Origin: Candidatus Poribacteria bacterium
Lineage (GTDB): Bacteria > Poribacteria > WGA-4E > PCPOR2b
Direction: 5' to 3'
DNA length: 64,000 nt
NCBI GenBank assembly: GCA_965222805.1
Contig: CBDCUX010000005.1
Location: forward strand, 3,108,770 to 3,172,769
Shown here: piece after piece, positions 61,564 through 64,000 of the stretch
Layout: the number at the start of each line of letters is the position of its first letter
How positions within the stretch are numbered: the first letter of the stretch is position 1
Notes under the pieces: model-generated
Told to the model about the DNA's origin: nothing
Databases searched by the model: none
The model's input: only the letters and a program-made list of their open reading frames with translations
Made by a program: the position numbers and the translations under genes

Positions 61564-64000
61564 TTACTCATCCAGCGAAAGCCGGAACACTCCCCTTGCC
61601 TGTGTACCAATGTAGAACGTTGTGCCATCGTATGCCAGTGCCATGACATTGCGCTGCGTCGGGGCGATTCGCTCCCACGAATCCGATTCCCGCGTCAAGC
61701 GGAAGATCCCATGAGAGTTTGTCCCATAGAGCGTTGTGCCATCGACAAGCTGCATCTCAATGTACCCATCGGGCAATCCGGCGTCAATTGACCTCCATGT
61801 CTCGCCACCGTCTATTGAGCGAAAAACCCCATCACCGGACTTTGCATAAATTGTCTCACCGACGAAGACTAGATTATAGAGATCGGTTCGGAAAGTCTGT
61901 GCAAATCGCTGCTTCCAATTTGGTAGGTTTTGACTCACATCCGCCCACGAATTTCCCTCATCAACCGAACGTAACAGTCTCCGATTCATTGAGCTGATGT
62001 AAACAGTGCTGCCTGACACAGCTAATGGTTGCCAGCCCAAAAAATCCTGCGGTCTGAGCTGTGTCCACAAGTCCTCTCCCACTCTCCAGCGGTAAAGCCG
62101 TGCTCCATCGCCCATTTGTCCAACGATATAGAACGTTTCTCCGCTAACCGTTAATTCATTAACACCGTAGATTATGTCATTGGCAGACTGCATATTCGTC
62201 TGAATCGGCACCCATGAGTTTTCGTCGTCTGCCAAGCGGTAAACTCCAGCAGATGATAGGTTCTGCATGCTGTAGTTGGTTTCATTTGTCGCTGCATAGA
62301 GTTTTCCTCCCGAAACCGTCAGTGTCCCCCCATCGCTAGCAACCAACCCATCATTCGCTGTCGCCCATGAATTCCCGCCATCCACTGATTTGACGATACC
62401 ATCGCCCGTTATTATAGTGTAGAGAGCGTTTCTGAAAAATACGAGGTTCTCAATATGTGTATTGATGATCCCGGTGTTGGTTTTCGTCCACGATTCCCCG
62501 CTATCCGTCGAGCGGAACACCCCATTGGAGGTGCCGACGTAAAGCGTCTTCTCAGATAACACTGCTACGGAAAAGATGTATTGATTGGTCAAGTTGGTGT
62601 TGAACATCGTCCATGAGTTACCGGCATCGGTTGAGCGAAACACCTGACCGTCGGGTGAACCTGAATCAATGCAGAAGACCGTGTTTCCCAGCACCACCAA
62701 TTCGCCATCAAACTCCTGCATCGCTTTGGGCTTGATTGACTTCCACCAACTGCCCATATCCGTTGAGCGGAAAAGCCCATCATCGGCTGTTGCTGCGTAG
62801 ACGATTTCGCCAGAGACGACAAAGGCCGCAATATCTGACTCGGCGGTGGTTTTTTTCCATGGATCCTCAATGGCGAGTCTTGTCCATGACTTCTCGCCAG
62901 CTCTGAGGCGGAAAACGTAACGCCGCATTTGTGCGAAAAGCGTCGTTCCGCTTGCAAACAAGATGGGGCCCCCTCGGCCGGTCAAGCCGCTATCAATTTG
63001 CGTCCACGACTTGCCGTTATCATTAAAAAAGAAAACACTCTCCTCTGTACTTCGCCCAATATAAAGTGTGTCACCAATAAACGCAACCCCCGAGATACCT
63101 ATCTCGCCCTGAAAGTGAGCTAACTGCTGCCACGAGTCGCCGCCATTGGTCGAATAGAAAAGACCGTCGTTTGTGCCGGCGTAGAGGGTATTTGCATCCT
63201 GTGTCAGCACGAGGGTGCTGGGAAGTGTGTTTTCCTGAGAAACCGGCAAGCCTTCGCTGGCGGGGGCCCATGTGTCGCCGCCGTCGGTTGAACGGAAAAT
63301 GCCTGCTTCCTGCGTCCCGGCGAAAAGCGTTCCTTCCGGTGTCGCGTGAAGGGTTGTAATTGTTCCACCGTAGGGTCCGTTAGTTTGCGTCCAGCCAATA
63401 TTATCCGATTCTACATCGTTCTGTGAATCCGACGTAGCCTCCCACACCGAACCATCCTCCCGATTTCCATTTCCTGATCTTCTTCCACTCAACCCCTCTG
63501 ACTGATTAACCCGCGAGAACTTCAATGGAGGCATTTCAATTATCGGGGCATCAACGATTTCAACCATCATCGCTGATTCGGGCGCGTCAAAACTATAAGG
63601 CAACTGAAATGTCCCAGTTTGTCTAATCCCCAAGCTGATAAGCAACGCGACCACAATCAACGAAGCTGCAGCAATCCACGGTGCAAGTGGTTTACTTGTT
63701 GTCGGTGCAGAATTCAGTGAGCCGTTGGGGATTCGACGCATAATCTCTTGCGTCACAGTCGGTGGAAGTTGGAAGCCTCTCAAGGTTTCTTCAATCATTG
63801 TCAATTCCTCCTTTAAGCGAATTCGGGCGCGATAGAGTCGGTCTCTGATGGCACCGCACGATGTACCGATGAACCGTCCAATCTCCTCACAGGTCATCCC
63901 CGCCATATAGTAAAGCGTCAAGACGGTTCGCTCACTTTCGGGGAGACTTTCGAGCGCACTGTGTACCTCCTCACGGGCCCGTGCATCGGCATACTTTGTC
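61564..64000 (-). CDS. ECF sigma factor (region 4 visible) fused to TM helix and BNR/Asp-box beta-propeller; 5' end beyond window
   Basis: In-frame upstream of the listed ORF, region 4 reads ...ALESLPESERTVLTLYYMAGMTCEEIGRFIGTSCGAIRDRLYRARIRL. A TM helix follows (WIAAASLIVVALLISLGI), then repeated S(T/V)DGGxxW Asp-boxes. Confidence 0.6.
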   Translation of the reverse strand, partial: TKYADARAREEVHSALESLPESERTVLTLYYMAGMTCEEIGRFIGTSCGAIRDRLYRARIRLKEELTMIEETLRGFQLPPTVTQEIMRRIPNGSLNSAPTTSKPLAPWIAAASLIVVALLISLGIRQTGTFQLPYSFDAPESAMMVEIVDAPIIEMPPLKFSRVNQSEGLSGRRSGNGNREDGSVWEATSDSQNDVESDNIGWTQTNGPYGGTITTLHATPEGTLFAGTQEAGIFRSTDGGDTWAPASEGLPVSQENTLPSTLVLTQDANTLYAGTNDGLFYSTNGGDSWQQLAHFQGEIGISGVAFIGDTLYIGRSTEESVFFFNDNGKSWTQIDSGLTGRGGPILFASGTTLFAQMRRYVFRLRAGEKSWTRLAIEDPWKKTTAESDIAAFVVSGEIVYAATADDGLFRSTDMGSWWKSIKPKAMQEFDGELVVLGNTVFCIDSGSPDGQVFRSTDAGNSWTMFNTNLTNQYIFSVAVLSEKTLYVGTSNGVFRSTDSGESWTKTNTGIINTHIENLVFFRNALYTIITGDGIVKSVDGGNSWATANDGLVASDGGTLTVSGGKLYAATNETNYSMQNLSSAGVYRLADDENSWVPIQTNMQSANDIIYGVNELTVSGETFYIVGQMGDGARLYRWRVGEDLWTQLRPQDFLGWQPLAVSGSTVYISSMNRRLLRSVDEGNSWADVSQNLPNWKQRFAQTFRTDLYNLVFVGETIYAKSGDGVFRSIDGGETWRSIDAGLPDGYIEMQLVDGTTLYGTNSHGIFRLTRESDSWERIAPTQRNVMALAYDGTTFYIGTQARGVFRLSLDE

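Overview
This is a gene-dense 64 kb stretch of a bacterial chromosome at roughly 50% GC, coding on both strands. The surface-protein repertoire suggests an uncultured, symbiont-like lineage: leucine-rich-repeat proteins with dockerin modules and a T9SS/FlgD-type C-terminal tail, BNR/Asp-box proteins, and membrane multiheme cytochromes.

Housekeeping content:
- A class II ribonucleotide reductase gene (nrdJ) sits next to nrdR, with candidate NrdR boxes upstream.
- A tandem PurS-PurS fusion, MogA/MoaB, uridine kinase, a MATE exporter and a TauE/SafE exporter are present.
- A partial EF-G-like gene lies at the 5' edge of the window.
- Other enzymes include an M20 peptidase, a ROK kinase, a Gfo/Idh/MocA + DegT + GH4 sugar cluster, a gluconolactonase and a TlpA-like redoxin.

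Accessory and unusual content:
1. A low-GC two-gene island at 14.9-17.2 kb encodes an ABC/AAA15-type ATPase overlapping by ATGA a DUF4435/TOPRIM-like protein, i.e. a PARIS (AriA/AriB)-like antiphage module, with a sigma70-like promoter.
2. Two ~300-bp copies of a structured MITE-like element with terminal inverted repeats lie in direct orientation around a 3-gene cassette at 8.9-12.6 kb.
3. Three minus-strand genes between 35.8 and 44.8 kb carry in-frame stop codons inside otherwise intact, domain-continuous reading frames. These are a DUF5615 toxin-like gene, an ECF-sigma/TM/extracytoplasmic fusion and a PKD+FGE-sulfatase lipoprotein, with TAA, TGA and three TAG codons between them. All other genes in the window are intact.
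4. There are two one-component ECF sigma-TM-sensor fusion proteins.
5. A divergent EF-Tu-like GTPase has degenerate G motifs.
6. A DUF433/DUF5615 toxin-antitoxin pair is present.
7. CYTH is followed by a split CHAD domain.
8. Unusual noncoding structures include an intergenic array of GC-clamped hairpins, a recurrent 11-mer motif (tgtcaatccac) embedded in hairpins at three loci, and several intrinsic-terminator-like hairpins.

No rRNA, tRNA or CRISPR array was found.
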